A DNA stretch of 64,000 nucleotides from Amoebidium appalachense. Lineage: Eukaryota; Protista; Ichthyosporea. A model generated the notes under the pieces. That model saw only the letters and a list, made by a program, of their open reading frames with translations. It did no database searches and was not told where the DNA came from. Positions within the stretch are counted from its first letter, which is position 1. Each line of letters begins with the position of its first letter. This document shows positions 1 through 46,982 of the stretch, one piece after another. The DNA is taken from assembly GCA_963693365.1 (NCBI GenBank), contig CAVNZM010000002.1, forward strand, positions 12,332,328-12,396,327, read 5' to 3'. Position numbers and translations under genes: made by a program.

Positions 1-275
1 AGTGACCAAACACAACCGACATGTTAGTATTATCTTGCCATGTGCGAACGAAGTGCAAGGGAACAGGCAGAATCTATGGGCTGCATGTACAGGTGGATGG
101 CACAGAGCATAGTGCATCTGGTGGGATGTGGGCAAAAAGAAAAATGGAAAAGAAAGACACCCGAAAGCCAACAACGGAACGAGGCAATGTGTTCCTTTTC
201 GTTCTTTCTTCCCTATCTCTTTCTCTCATACTCTCACTCTCACTATCTCTCTCTCTCTCTCAAACTCGGGCGCGC

Positions 276-325
<50 letters not shown>

Positions 326-595
326 ACTCTCCCTCCCCCTCCCCTCTTTTTCTCTCCCTCTTGCTGTGTGTATGTGTGATTTTGTGTGATAATGTGTAGG
401 TGGATGTGGGCCCAGGCGCGCGGCGGGGGGGGGGGGGGGGGGGGGGGGGAGAGGGGGGGGGGGGGCGGGGGGGAGGGGACAGTGGGGTGGGTGGGTGGTG
501 GTGGTGGTGGTGGTGGTGATGGTGATGGTGGTGGCAGGGGGGGGGAGGGGGTGGGGGGGGGGGGGGGGGGGGGGGGGAGGTGAGGTTCACCATAC

Positions 596-11823
<11,228 letters not shown>

Positions 11824-12420
11824 GGCCTACGCAAATCCACTCACTGTTCAGAAAAAAACTGTTCAGGAAAAAAAAGTCAGACACATTCCATTTTTTCACG
11901 GGAGAAAGACTGGTATGAACGTGAGAGGGACAAGAGAGAGGAGGACTCGTAGAGGCCTCTGTGTGTGTGTCGAGCAAGGAGGGTTATGTGGACGGAGACA
12001 GCCATAGGGAAAGGGGAGGATTGGTTGGGTGGGGAGGGATGAGGGACAGAGGTAAAAGAAAACGAAAGTGAAGTAAGAAGTAAATGACAGAACATGACAA
12101 AGTCAAAACATTAGGCAGTTTCTTTGTGTGTGTGTGGTGGTGGTGGGGGGGGGGGGGGGGGGGAGGGGAGGAAGGAAGGGGTTGGCGGGGAGGGAGGGGC
12201 AGGTGGGAGGAAGAGAGGGGGGGGGGGGAGGGAGGGGGAAAGAGAGAGAAGGAAAGCAGGGAGGGGGCGGGGGGGGGGGGAAGGGGAAGGGGGAAGATTG
12301 ACAAGAGAAGGGAAAAGACAAGAGGGAAAAAGAAAGAGAGAGAGTGATGGAGGAAAGGGGTAGGGCAGGGAGCCCCGGGGGGAGGGGAGGAGAGGGGGGG
12401 GGGGGGGGAGGGGCGGGGGG

Positions 12421-12454
<34 letters not shown>

Positions 12455-13123
12455 TGGAGAAAGAGGGACGGATGGAAGATAGTGATGGGAGTAGCCTACC
12501 ATCAAAGTGCAAGTTGGGGAAAATAAACGTGGGGAAAAGACACAAGGCTTTTAGGTGGAACTGGGCGTGGGTGCGGGAGGGAGGATGGGTAGGTGGTGAT
12601 GGTGGTGGTGGGGTGGGGATGGGGGGGGGGGGAGAGGGCAGGGAGGCATGCGTGCTATCCCCAAGTAGGCCCGGGGGTAACACGGAGCTGAGCCCAGCTA
12701 TAAATGATAAAGAGAATTCCAAACCATGATGCCTTATATAGCAACAAGCGTGGAACTGCACGAGGGGTTTGAAAATTTTCAAGGCGGTCACTGAAAGGGA
12801 ATGCCTGTGCAACTAACATGGCGCCAGAAAGCATTGCTGTCTAACCGCCCACGCTGTGTGTGTGCGTGTGTGCGTGTGTGCGTGTGTAAGTTTGTGCGCA
12901 TGTGTGTGTGCGCGCGTGCCATAGGGTGTGCATGTGCGCGTTCTCGTGCGCAGCCCTTCACAAACACAAACTGCGAAACGGTAACATCCGCCATTGACAA
13001 ATATTGGCTAGTAGTTTTGCGACCACCACCCGATTTCGTTCGTTCCCCAACCGCGTGCTAGTGTGCATGTGTAGATGACAAGGAAGGGCTACAATGCAGT
13101 GTGTAGTGTGGCGACGGGTGAGT

Positions 13124-13181
<58 letters not shown>

Positions 13182-13736
13182 GGGGGGGAGTGGAGGGGGA
13201 GCTTTGGAGGGAATGAGATCAGGTCCCGAAAGAGGAGGGGGATGAGGAGGGGTTATGCTTGTGAGGAAGGTTTGATGGGTGGGGTTGGAGGGGGGGGGAG
13301 GGAAGGGGATGAGGGTGGAGGGAGGGGATGGGGAAAAGTAAAGGAAAAGCTTACCAACAACTTCGGGGCAAGCCCACAGCTTGGTCTCTCCCAGGAGGGT
13401 TGACGTGAAACCACGAGGAAAGCCACCCACTCCTTCCAATTCGCCAATTCTCTACTTTCTTTGTAATGTTTTCATTGACGAACACCTTACAACCAGTCGG
13501 GACTGTCTCGAATGTATATATGACCAGGCTATGACTCAACTTATCCCTCAACAAATTTTAGAATATTCTTTTCTCTACTAGCTAGTCCCCTAAAAGGAAT
13601 GGCATATCAACCCTTTTCTACTCGACAACTCGGGCATGTGAAGAAACTTTTCACTGTCGACGTCTGTTCAAGCTAATTGCTGTACCGCTTCTCTTCAAGG
13701 TTTCAAGGCTGTTGCGAGCCACTTACACACAGCCAT

Positions 13737-13985
<249 letters not shown>

Positions 13986-14195
13986 CTTCTCTTGCTCTCG
14001 CACACACTCTCTCTCTCTTGAAAGTCAAGTTGTCAGTCAACTTGTCACTTTTGTGTCGGCCTGTAGCGCTTGGTGGGATATATAATTGACATCTTATCTA
14101 CCGGATATCTAATCATCGGCTAAAGCTCTTGAGAACTAAAAAACCCCCATGACACTTGGACCCCGGAAAATGACCTCAAGTCATCCCATAAAAAA

Positions 14196-14493
14196 CTAGT
14201 AAATACAGGTACCCCCCGCCCCGTTGGGGCGGGGCCTGCATGGGACATGTGCACAGAATTTGAAGCGGAAGAGAAGAGAATAAATCCAGTCAAAAGAAAG
14301 AGAAGAGAACATAGAGTGTATTTGGTGAAAAATTTATAGGCACAAGATATATCATAACATGGCAACACTGTTGCCTGGTGGAGCTTTATTTTTGTTTGTA
14401 GGGGGTTTTATAGAAACTAAAATATGACGCAATGTAGCCTGCACACTTTCACTGACAGGCGCAGAAATTAATATACAGGATCCGGAACTTCTT

Positions 14494-14528
<35 letters not shown>

Positions 14529-17074
14529 ATTTACATATACTATATATCATTTATGGATATATTGTCTACTTCTCACCCAGTCCAGTCTTTCATCATCTGC
14601 TCGTGAAAATTGGTCACAGGCCCATTCAGACATCAACCTGCCAACATTGTGGAAAGTGGGTAGTGCAGTAGTCGTCTTGCTGCTTTTGTGACTGACACCT
14701 TTTTACCTGAAGTAGAAAAGGTATTGAGGCTCCAACCTGGTGTGCCTTGCAAAAACAGTAAAGGATATTGCAGTGGTTCACATAGCTCATTTAGGTAGTG
14801 AACTTGCTCGGGACGTTGGTTTGAGAATCGGTGGAACCATATTACGTGTCTTCCTGCATGCACTGGGTCCATATCATATAAGGCTGCAATCTCGGGAGCC
14901 TGGGGTGTAGCAGTTCTTCTGTTATAGCTTTGAAAGGCTACGTGAAAGTTTTCTTGGTCTGGGTAGGCTTGGCTTAGTCTGCGGAACTCAGATGCTATAG
15001 GGTTGCACTGGTACAGAGCGCTTTCGAGGAGTGAAATGAAAGCTGATGACAGAGATCTTGCAGCAGCAACTGCTGCCCGTATACCTTCATAGATATAGTA
15101 CCTTATATTGGAAAGACTGGTAGTTGAATCGTGCACCCTGTGGTATGACCTGCCGCATACCTTGACAAATGAAGGAGCTGCCTGTGTAACGGTTCTTTGA
15201 GACCAGCCCATGGCTGTGAATGCAAATATGTTGTTATATTCTCTTGCCTTTTTGGTGAAAGCAGGTGTGCTGTATAGTTGTGTTAGCTGTAAAGGGAGGG
15301 GGGAGTGTTGGGATCACCCATTTTCCGTTTCCACAACAGAAAGAGGATTTCTCCTCTTTTAATAGGCGTGAGGTGCAAAAACTACAGACGTTCTGTTGTG
15401 ACAGAGTAACGTTTTCCAGTTTCCATTCGCTGATGTGTGCAAAAACATCTGCAAGCTCTTGCAACTTGTATAAGTTGTATCCTGTGTGTGTCTCTTCATA
15501 CAGGATATCCAGTGTTCTGGTGTGGTTTGGCTGGAGTACTAAGTGGCGGGGTTTTAGGCGGTTCATAAAGGGTGTACAGATCCTTAAGTTGGTTTGTGTC
15601 ATGGAGTAGAGTGCAACAAATAAACCAACAGAAAAGTCCTGGTCAACCTCTTTTACTTCACCATCAACTGAACTGTACGTATAGGAGGCAGACACTTTAG
15701 GCACATATTCGCTTGTCATTAAAAACTCAAACAAAAAGGCACGCAGCAGGTCTGGCTTTTTAATGGCTTGCAGAAGATTTGCACGACCAGATTCAATTAA
15801 GGCAATTTGGTGTTGTAGGTGTGTGCCGAGTGGGTGTGCAAGTGTAAAGGCCTGACGCAAAGCCATTGTGATGTCTGGTTTTTGTGCATAGTGGTGAGAG
15901 ACGCCATATGTGTTGGTGTATGACTCGTGTATGTATTAAGCAGTGTCAAGTGCACAGGCAGAGCATTTCTGGAGTGTGTGTGCGTGAAAATCAAGTTCCT
16001 CATTTTGTGCAAATGCTGCAATGTGTCCAAGTTTCCCACTTCCAAAGGCTTCATACGTTTCAATTCCCGCAAGGTGCATTAGAGGGCCGACAAGCGCAGG
16101 GTTGTCATGGGAACGCCACAGCATGTGCATGCACTCAACGTTATCATAACCTAGAACTGTGAACAGGGAAAGGGTTTGTTGGGAGTTGACATGTGATAAA
16201 AGAGACGGAAACGTGTAATTTGTAAAGAAAATAGACACTGTGCGTGGCACATCAGTCTTGTAATTATTCACGTCGTACTCCAGGTACGCGGAGAGTGGCG
16301 GCGTCTGCGCCATGATTGCGGCTAGAAGAAGCCACAACACAGCAACGTTGGCCACTGCAGACCTTGAAGAGGAGTTTTGTACTACCACACTGCTCTACCA
16401 CACTGCTCTACAGTAGCCCAACTTCTGTCTAGCGAAAACTGACGGCATTGACCCGTTTTATATGACTTTATCGGTAAATCTAGTGACCAAAATTTGGAAA
16501 TTGCAGAATTGCGGACGTAAACCCTCAGAGCCTTGTGTTGATCAGTTGTGCACGGCCCGCCTTACAAAAAATAAATAAGTACAGCTAGATAACTTTTCAA
16601 AAACCTTGTTACTGACTCACTGAGTCGCGTGCTTTACCGATGCATGCGCATGCAAGCGGCACACGGACCCATGGATGGCTGCGTGCGCCGCTCATGCATA
16701 TGCGACCTGGGTCCGTGAGCGTGCGTTCGGCGCATGATCCGCTAATTTTGTCCTACGGAGACAGTTCTGAATTAGATAACTTATACCCTTTTCGAAGTGT
16801 GACTAAAGAACTTCAGATATGGTTTCTAGATATTTTTAAGAAGAAAGTGCGCGAAGAGGCGCACCACGTACGATCTTAGAGAATGCATACCGATACACAT
16901 TTTTCTACAACCTAGATCATTCAAATTTGAAAACTTCATCGACGCGACAACTTTATTACGTGATACACACTGATACTGACACGGCATGTGAGTTATATAC
17001 TGGGATATACAAATATATCCAAAATACGAACTTCTTCCTAAGTACTTGGGGGCGCTCTATAGTATTAGTATTGA
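14196..17074 (-). mobile_element. Helitron (rolling-circle transposon), internally deleted and non-autonomous
   Basis: 3' end on minus: 9-bp GC hairpin CCCCGCCCC-AAC-GGGGCGGGG (14234-14214), 14 nt, then CTAG (14199-14196) followed by host T. Candidate 5' end A^TCAATACTAATACTATAG at 17074 (TC start after host A; less certain). It contains RepHel N-terminal coding remnants. Confidence 0.85.
14549..16313 (-). pseudogene. Degenerate 5' part of the Helitron RepHel ORF (Zn-finger and Helitron_like_N region); Rep HUH core and PIF1 helicase deleted
   Basis: The joined reading carries Helitron motifs CSFC..E....CCGNGKWVIPTLPP, REYNNIFAFTAMG, VKVCGRSYHRV, CEPLQYPLLFLQGTPGWS and GRLMSEWACDQFSRADDERLDWVRSRQ. 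It is interrupted by an in-frame TAA (15938-15936), a frameshift in a C-run near 15300 and a frameshift in a T-run near 14654. It ends next to the (CA)/(TA) repeat at ~14500-14530. Confidence 0.85.
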
Positions 17075-17698
17075 TACTTTCGCATAAACACAATTAAATT
17101 TTAGAATACCAACGTGGGATGCTTTTCAGCCCGACGTCAGCCGTTGAACCAAAAACATGTGCAATGCTTTTTATGTTCTCAGCTCATATATAATAAATGC
17201 ATGAAAGTGTTCAGAAAGTATAAAATAACCAGACATGTATGACTCAGGCACCTGTTCTATTTAGCAAGAAAATGGGACACAGGACACACGGTGACTGCTG
17301 CGGTCATGTTTACTGTACATGTGTAGATTGGCACATCCATGGCCACTACGACATGCACATCGGTCATTTCGAGGGCTGCTTGGTCACCAATTCGTGTTTA
17401 TATACCCTCACACACAACCTTCTATATTCACAACAGTATATCTTTTTTTTATGTTATCAATTCACCATACATATGAAACATTGAGGACAGGGCGGAATAA
17501 AGCATTGCCAGCCCTGTGTGTATACAAATTGCATCTATCTCTCTTGTCTTCTCCGTGCTATGCCTTTGTTTTCTACTTTCACTACGCTTGTCGAAGGACA
17601 GAAAATAATACGAGGAAAACGTACGACAGAGATGCACATTCCACTTGTGTAGAGAGTGAACAAGTTCTAATGTGGCAGCCACACTACAGGTCTCCACC

Positions 17699-17752
<54 letters not shown>

Positions 17753-18234
17753 AACCCACCACTACCATTACCACACACCCCCCTCCCTCCCCCCCCAACC
17801 CACCCACCCACCCAACCACCATTACCACCACAACAACGCCCTTCCCCCCCTCCCCCCCGTGTGAATGTGCACCATACGCACTTGTGTGTGTGTTCCTGTT
17901 CCTGCTTTGAATGTGCGTGAGGTCGTTACTCTGGTTACTTTGTGTCACCCAGCTCACCCATACACGTAACTATTAAATTGTGTTAATAAAACCAACTTTT
18001 CAACTCATTTAGATGTGTATCGCTTCGTCGAAGAAAGAAATGGCTGGATCTACGTTAATACAAGTGAGAAAATTTCCTGTGTCCCTTCCTTCATAGGGGG
18101 CAAAAAAAAAAAAGAAAGAAAGAAACAACCACGTAAATGAAAAGGCTACACAATCCGCAAGAACACACATCACGATGTGAACTTCAATGGAGAGAAGGTT
18201 TCGGAAATTGAGTCGGAAATTTAAAAGTCCGGAA

Positions 18235-35716
<17,482 letters not shown>

Positions 35717-35878
35717 CCGCCCTCTCTCCGATCGGCGGCTTTATGCCACCGAAAATACCTTACTGTCGGTGCGTGTTCGAGTGTTGTTAGAGGGTTGAAA
35801 GAAAGCGGGGTTTAACGTGAGGATAATATATGGGGTGCGGGGATGTGTGCATGCGTGTATGTGTGTGCGCAGGGGGGA

Positions 35879-35966
<88 letters not shown>

Positions 35967-37056
35967 GTGTGTGTGCGTGTGCGTGCGTGTGCGTGCGTGT
36001 GTGTGTGTGTGACCAGGGGGGGGAGAGGGGGGGGGGGGGGACGGCAGAAAGGTGAGGGTTGCGAGAGAGAGCAAGGAGGAGTGGAGGTAAGGATGCACGT
36101 GTCAGTGTCATTCGACAAAGGATGCAATCATACTAAAGTAAAGATAAAGTGCCACAGCCAGGTCTCGAATGAGAAGAAGGAATTACGTGAGTGAACAGTG
36201 GTGGGGTCGTGCCATGCTTGATTGTTGCCAGCAGATTGTTGCCAGCAGATTGAAAAGTAAGAGAACACCATGGAAAGTATGGTCTCGGTGCAGGGACTTG
36301 TGGAATTTTGGGGGTAGGAGGCTGGGAGGGGAAAGGGAGAGGCGGGGGGAGGGGGGGAGAGGGGGGAGGGGGGGAGGGGGGAAGGGAGAAAGTTGCAGGG
36401 AGAGAGGTGGGGGATGTACCTTTTGAACCCTGGGCGGGAAAGGGGGCTGTGTGATTCGTATTGTCGCGCCCCACAGCCTTTCTAAATCTCTTTTCAGCTC
36501 AACGGTTCTGTCTTACATTGGCTAGTATGTGATTTCAACATGACACCAAGATCTAGCCGTCACAGTTTTACCAGTGATGTCTTCGAGCAGACGTGCAGAC
36601 AACCGTAGTCTGTGCCTACGATGTCTATTTATTACAGCCACGGTAAACAAAGGATGAGGTGATAACAATGTCTTCTTTTTCGGTTTAGAACCAAGATCCA
36701 TCAGCTCTACATAACACTTCACGATCCAACAATGAAGGAGTCCAACAGGGGCCAACCACACCTCGCTATCACGTATTTCCGAATTTTGTTGGGTTGAGTT
36801 CGAGTCGCAGTTTTATTTACCCCACCTCTCCGCGTTTGCGTAAATAAAGTGGCTCACCAATCCAGAACATTAGTTTTTAGCTACATATAGTTACACTACA
36901 ACATTTGCAATTGGACAGCGGTACCTAAAATTAGGTGTGTGCCTACAGTGCCTACTTCTCAATGCATTTCTCAATCTATCCTCAGAAAACAGCCTTTTTA
37001 TGGGAATGGATTGAGAATTGAGACCTCCTGTGGAGGTAGATAGGGAGGAGGGGGTA

Positions 37057-37105
<49 letters not shown>

Positions 37106-37466
37106 GAGGGACTCGAAGTTCTAGAGGGAGGGGGGAGGGAGCCTGGGCCCAAGGGAGAGAGAAAGGGGGGAGGGGGGGAGGGGAAAAGGGGGGGGGGGGG
37201 GGGGGGGGGAGGAGGGGGGGGGGGGGGAGGAGGGGGAGGGGGGGGGAGGGGGGAGGGGGAGGTGAGAGGAGAGTGAGGGGAGGGGGTTGCTGGGAAGTGG
37301 ATGGTGGACCTCTAAGTCTGCCTCCCACTCGTGGCTAAGGAAGTATTATAGAGCAATGGGGTCATAAAATCGGATATCCCCTGTTTTTTTCGTGTGCGCA
37401 TTGAGCGGCTATATAAGCCGCCTCAGTGAGACGGGACAGGGTGTGAGGGGAAGGAAGGAGGCGGGG

Positions 37467-37497
<31 letters not shown>

Positions 37498-38163
37498 ATA
37501 CTATGATATAATCTTAAATTTTCTCTTATTAAGGCACTAAGTTTTTTGGGGGGGAAATAATATGCAGGCAGGAACCGTAACAATGGTGTTAAGACTTTGC
37601 CATTTATTGTTATGATAACCAGGTAGGCACTTTCCATGCATGATATATCATGTGGTGATTAGTATGTGTGGTGTTACGGTCAGCGTATAGAGCACATAAT
37701 CCATACATTACCATATGCGGCTATTTGTCACTCTCTTTACAACATTAATACCAATTTAATCTGCAACATGACATGTCACTAAGCCACAAAATTTCACTAA
37801 CGTGTGAAAGTAGTATACATTCAGCAATTAATGCCATGCTCTATTCTATGGAAACATGATATGGTGAGGGGCTAGCGCTTGTTACTGTTTACTTGCCCGC
37901 ATTTTCAGATTCGTTTTTACATTTGTTGCATAAGTTATGTGCTATGATCAAACACTGGTATATAGACATGAAGAAGACTTTACAACAAGTCACACAGTGT
38001 CAAACAGCCTTATCATTAAACCAATATTATAATTGGTGTGTGCTCAATAGAAATTCCCGAACCATCGAATAACCAAGAGGTGCGTATCTAAAACTTAAAC
38101 CACTCAAGGGTGATACAAATACTACTGAGAAAGAAAAATGGGAAGTCCAGCAGAGGGGCACCA

Positions 38164-38208
<45 letters not shown>

Positions 38209-38298
38209 TTGGAGGAGGAGGAAGGGGTGAGAGATAGAGTTGTGCTACACCAGACGAGACTGGCCAACCTCACTCCCCACAGTGTGTTATACCAGTGT

Positions 38299-41134
<2,836 letters not shown>

Positions 41135-43160
41135 TTTTTTTTGTGGTTTTTCCGGGCAATTATGAAACAATTCGTCGTTTTAATTTCACACTTGCATCAC
41201 CAAGTGATTCACAGGACGCATGTGGCTGACATTGTAAGCATCAACGGGAATGGCGAAGATCAAGGGTACTGGTGACCTACCGATTCTCAGTCGAGAAAGG
41301 AAAGAAATGACTTCCTTGTTCAAAAAGGATAGGAAGCGCTTTGCGATTCAGGATGAAGTTTACGAATGTGCTTCTCTGAGATCTCTGTTCACTCGTCTTC
41401 ACAATTGCAGGTAGTGACACTTGGTCATATTAGGAGTTGTATCGATGATGGCATGCATGTGCAAAAGGAAAATGCAAGTCTATTTACTTCTTTGGTTCCT
41501 CAGTCCTATTTCTTGCCAGAAACACAGTGTGTTCGGCGCGTTTCCTGCCTTATGTTGTGCGAAATGCGCGAAAACAATGACGGCATGCCCAGCTACTCTG
41601 AACCCACGAACTAAACGTTGGCCGCAACTCGAGGGAGGCCGCGAAGTTCTGAACGACCGGCAACATCTCAAGATTCGGGAATCTCGGTGAAATACACACA
41701 TGAGCTCTAGCCACTCGAAACGCGCGTCTTTGCATACATTGCCTAAATATGATTGGCTAAAAATCGCATTCCACAGTGCCGCAGCGGCACCGGCTGGACC
41801 ATTGTCGAAGGATTCGGCCGGCGCGCGAGATCTAATGGCGGCCGATTCAAGGAAAAAGGAAAGCATTGAACCGTTTGTATTAGGGAATGCACATATGTAA
41901 AAGTTTTTCTTTTCCGCATCGATTAAAAAAAAAAAAACTTTCCCAATACGACTGCATGACCCGAAAAAGTGTGAAGTGCCCCAGAAATCGCACTACTGTA
42001 AAGATAAATGAAGTCCGGTATTGGATTCCTGAATATGCACCCAGCCCGTCAAGTTCAAACCCTGATCAATCTGATGTTTTATTAGATAAACGTCACAGTC
42101 TTTGTTTAGTGCTTTTCTTGGGTCTTCCTTCAACCAATCAAATAGCCCTTAACGTCCTGAATGTAGATCCTCTGGATTCAGAGAACTTGCGCTACTCTGG
42201 GGCCAACTGCAGCACCACTTGAAATTTTGTCTACAGTAGATAATATACTCTGTGACATACTCCGTATTCATCAGATGCTATGCGATGGCAAATATTGAGG
42301 GGAAATAACAGCACCTGTCGTGAACGTTTGCAGATGCATGCATGATATCTTTGCACCGTGACTTGCGTGGGGACCGGCGGTCTGAGGCCGTCCGCGGCCA
42401 GCAGGTTGGCAATGTTGGCTTGCGCGCGCACGTCGACCCATAGATATCGAACGTTCAACAGCCAAGTAGCCGCACTATACCCTGTTAGAAGCTTACATGT
42501 ATATAGAATTAGTAAGTGGCAGCTTGTACAGGTTGCATGCGTGTAATTGCAAGTTTGCAACTTGGCTACAGCAGCCAGCCGCGACTGGCCGCGCGCTTAA
42601 GCTAGGAATGGTCGGGTCGATTTTGAAGCAATCGGAAATCCCAGATTTCAATATATAAAACGTACAACTGTGTGAAACTGTTTTTTTTGGCGTGTCACAA
42701 ATGAATAATAATAACCTGCCAGGCCTGAGGCCTGAGGATGATGGAGGTGGGGGCCCAGTCGATGAGCCGTCCACCAGCCAGTGCAGCAGGGTGCAGCCAC
42801 CAAGATCTACATTCCTCAGATCCAACGAACACTGATTGGATGCAAATTTTTAGCCGTTTGATTGGTTATTAAATGGTTATCCAAATTCGCCAACCTCACC
42901 ATCGAGATCCTCGTAAGATCCAGTTTTTCTGTGGGAGTCAGATTCCGAGTCCCGACCAATGCATGCATGTTCACCCCATTTCCCACTCAATGTCCCTAGT
43001 TCCGAGTAAAGTCCGGACAATAGATGGTGCGTGTGTTATCACTTTAGGAGCTCCTTTGCGAAGTTCTTGCTTTTTGTGGACGGTGTTACGTTCTTTGCGA
43101 TATGGCATGTACATGATTGGAGCTAGAAGGCACACAAGAAACCGCGCGTGTGTGCATCAC

Positions 43161-44416
<1,256 letters not shown>

Positions 44417-45015
44417 TTTCGCCTTTTCAGTGAACGCTTAATTTGGGGGGCATGTGTGTGTGCTTGGGACTGCACTCAGTCTGAGAAGCAGCCATATGTT
44501 TCTTTTCAAAGTGTCAGATGTAGGTGTTAGTTGTTACCCTGTGTGGGGGGCATCCATTGGCAATGGCACGGTGGGTGTGCAGGTGCACCAAAAGGCGCAC
44601 AGATCTTAATCTATAGCTATGTGGGTTTAAACACAGTGTGAAGTAGTGAAATTCTACAGAAAAAAACTGCCTTCGATGCCCTTTCTTTATGTGTCCTCCG
44701 GCACCCCATGGTCACTGCCACCACGTTTTTGAGAAGCTCCATAACACGTCAATTTTTGGTAGGCCCGAACCCGCCATCTCATTTATTATGTGTGCTAATG
44801 TGTACACATTAACAGCCTGTACGTTTGGGTGCTGTGCGCTTTTGCACGTGCCCCCCCCCCCCCCCCCCCCCCCTCCCCCGGCCCCGGGGAGGCCCCTGGG
44901 GACCACGGGGCATTTCTCAATACATAATGTGCAGCTTGAATTGGCATAGGTAGTCTAAGAACCGACCGTTTGCACTACCCCCACGCATCATTTAACAAAG
45001 TTATACTGTCTTTTA

Positions 45016-45430
45016 CAGAATCATTCGGCAAACGCGGAATAATTCTGCAGATACTCTGCTCTGTACGGAATCCATGTGCATCGAGTAGAACCCATCTGCT
45101 TTGAGCAGGTGATGATTCTGCTTTTTAGCAGACTTATTCTCAAAAACATCCATTCTGCTCATGGCAGTAGAACAGACTTCCTCCAATCAGAATAATTCTG
45201 CAAAAGCAGAGGTATACTCCTCGAAAAGCAGAATTATTCTGCATTTAGCAAAATAATTCTGCTTTTAGCACAAAACCTCTGCTATATTCAGAATTATACT
45301 GTGATTCTGCTAAAAGCAGATTACCCCTGCTTTTATATTTGGCGGCAATTCTGCTTTAGCACGCCTGCCTTTTACCAAAATATAATAACCATGGTTTCTG
45401 CGCATTCTTTGTACAGAATAATTATGGGTT
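45016..45430. repeat. Cluster of degenerate palindromes GCAGAATWATTCTGC
   Basis: About 8 variants, e.g. at 45034, 45189, 45228, 45248, 45289 and 45415, interspersed with CTTTTAGC/GCTAAAAG. Confidence 0.65.
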
Positions 45431-45720
45431 TTGCAGACCAATTTAGCTCGCAGTAAGTTAATTATGCTGATATAGTTGGGCTCTCCAAGCACTTATCATA
45501 ACAGTGTGTATCTTGCAGCACGCATGCTGCTGTTATTTGGAGCGGCAGCTCGTCAAGGAATAAATTGAATAGGGTGAAATCCGGAATTTACTGTGTTCTG
45601 TATTCAGTGGGTGCATACAGCACTGAGTTCCCCGGAATAACGTGGGTAAGGACACAGGGAAACCCGGCAAGACCTTTTGTGGGGAATCCTGCGTCCGGAT
45701 GTATTGTCACCCCCTTCAAC

Positions 45721-46357
<637 letters not shown>

Positions 46358-46818
46358 TGACCAACCACCCTACGAGGTAAACCTCTAGAATTCTCTCAGG
46401 CTTCATGCAAGCTGCGTGCCAGCAATGCTATGCTCGCGTCCAACTCTTCCCCTTCCCCCCCCTTCGCCCCCACCCCCCCCCCCCTCCCCCCTCCACCTCC
46501 CCCCCCCCCCCCCCCCCTCCCCACCCACCCACCCCCCCATCCCAACGCACCCACGCACCCACCTTTTCCCACCCAGCGTTTTAGGCTGGAACACTAGAGT
46601 TAAGCTTTGACAGGAAAGGCTCCCTCCCTTCCGGTCCCTAATCCCGCTTCCCTCACGCCCTCCCCCGCCCTCCCCTCCCCTCATCCCCCCTTCCCCTCCC
46701 CCCCCCTCCCCCCCCCCCCCCCCCCCCTCCCCCCCTCATTCTCCTCTCCCCCCCCTCACACCCCTTCTCTATGACTCAAAATGCCGGTTACTGTTAACAT
46801 AATTCTCAACCTTTCGAA

Positions 46819-46849
<31 letters not shown>

Positions 46850-46914
46850 TCCCCCCGCGCTCCACCTCCCCAACCCTTCGCTTCCCCCCCTCCCCCCTCC
46901 CCCCCCCCCCCCCC

Positions 46915-46982
<68 letters not shown>

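Noticed and set aside
17183-17210. Alternative Helitron-like 5' end on plus (TCATATATAATAAATGC)
   Set aside because: Preceded by C rather than A, and no matching hairpin-CTAG was found downstream on plus.
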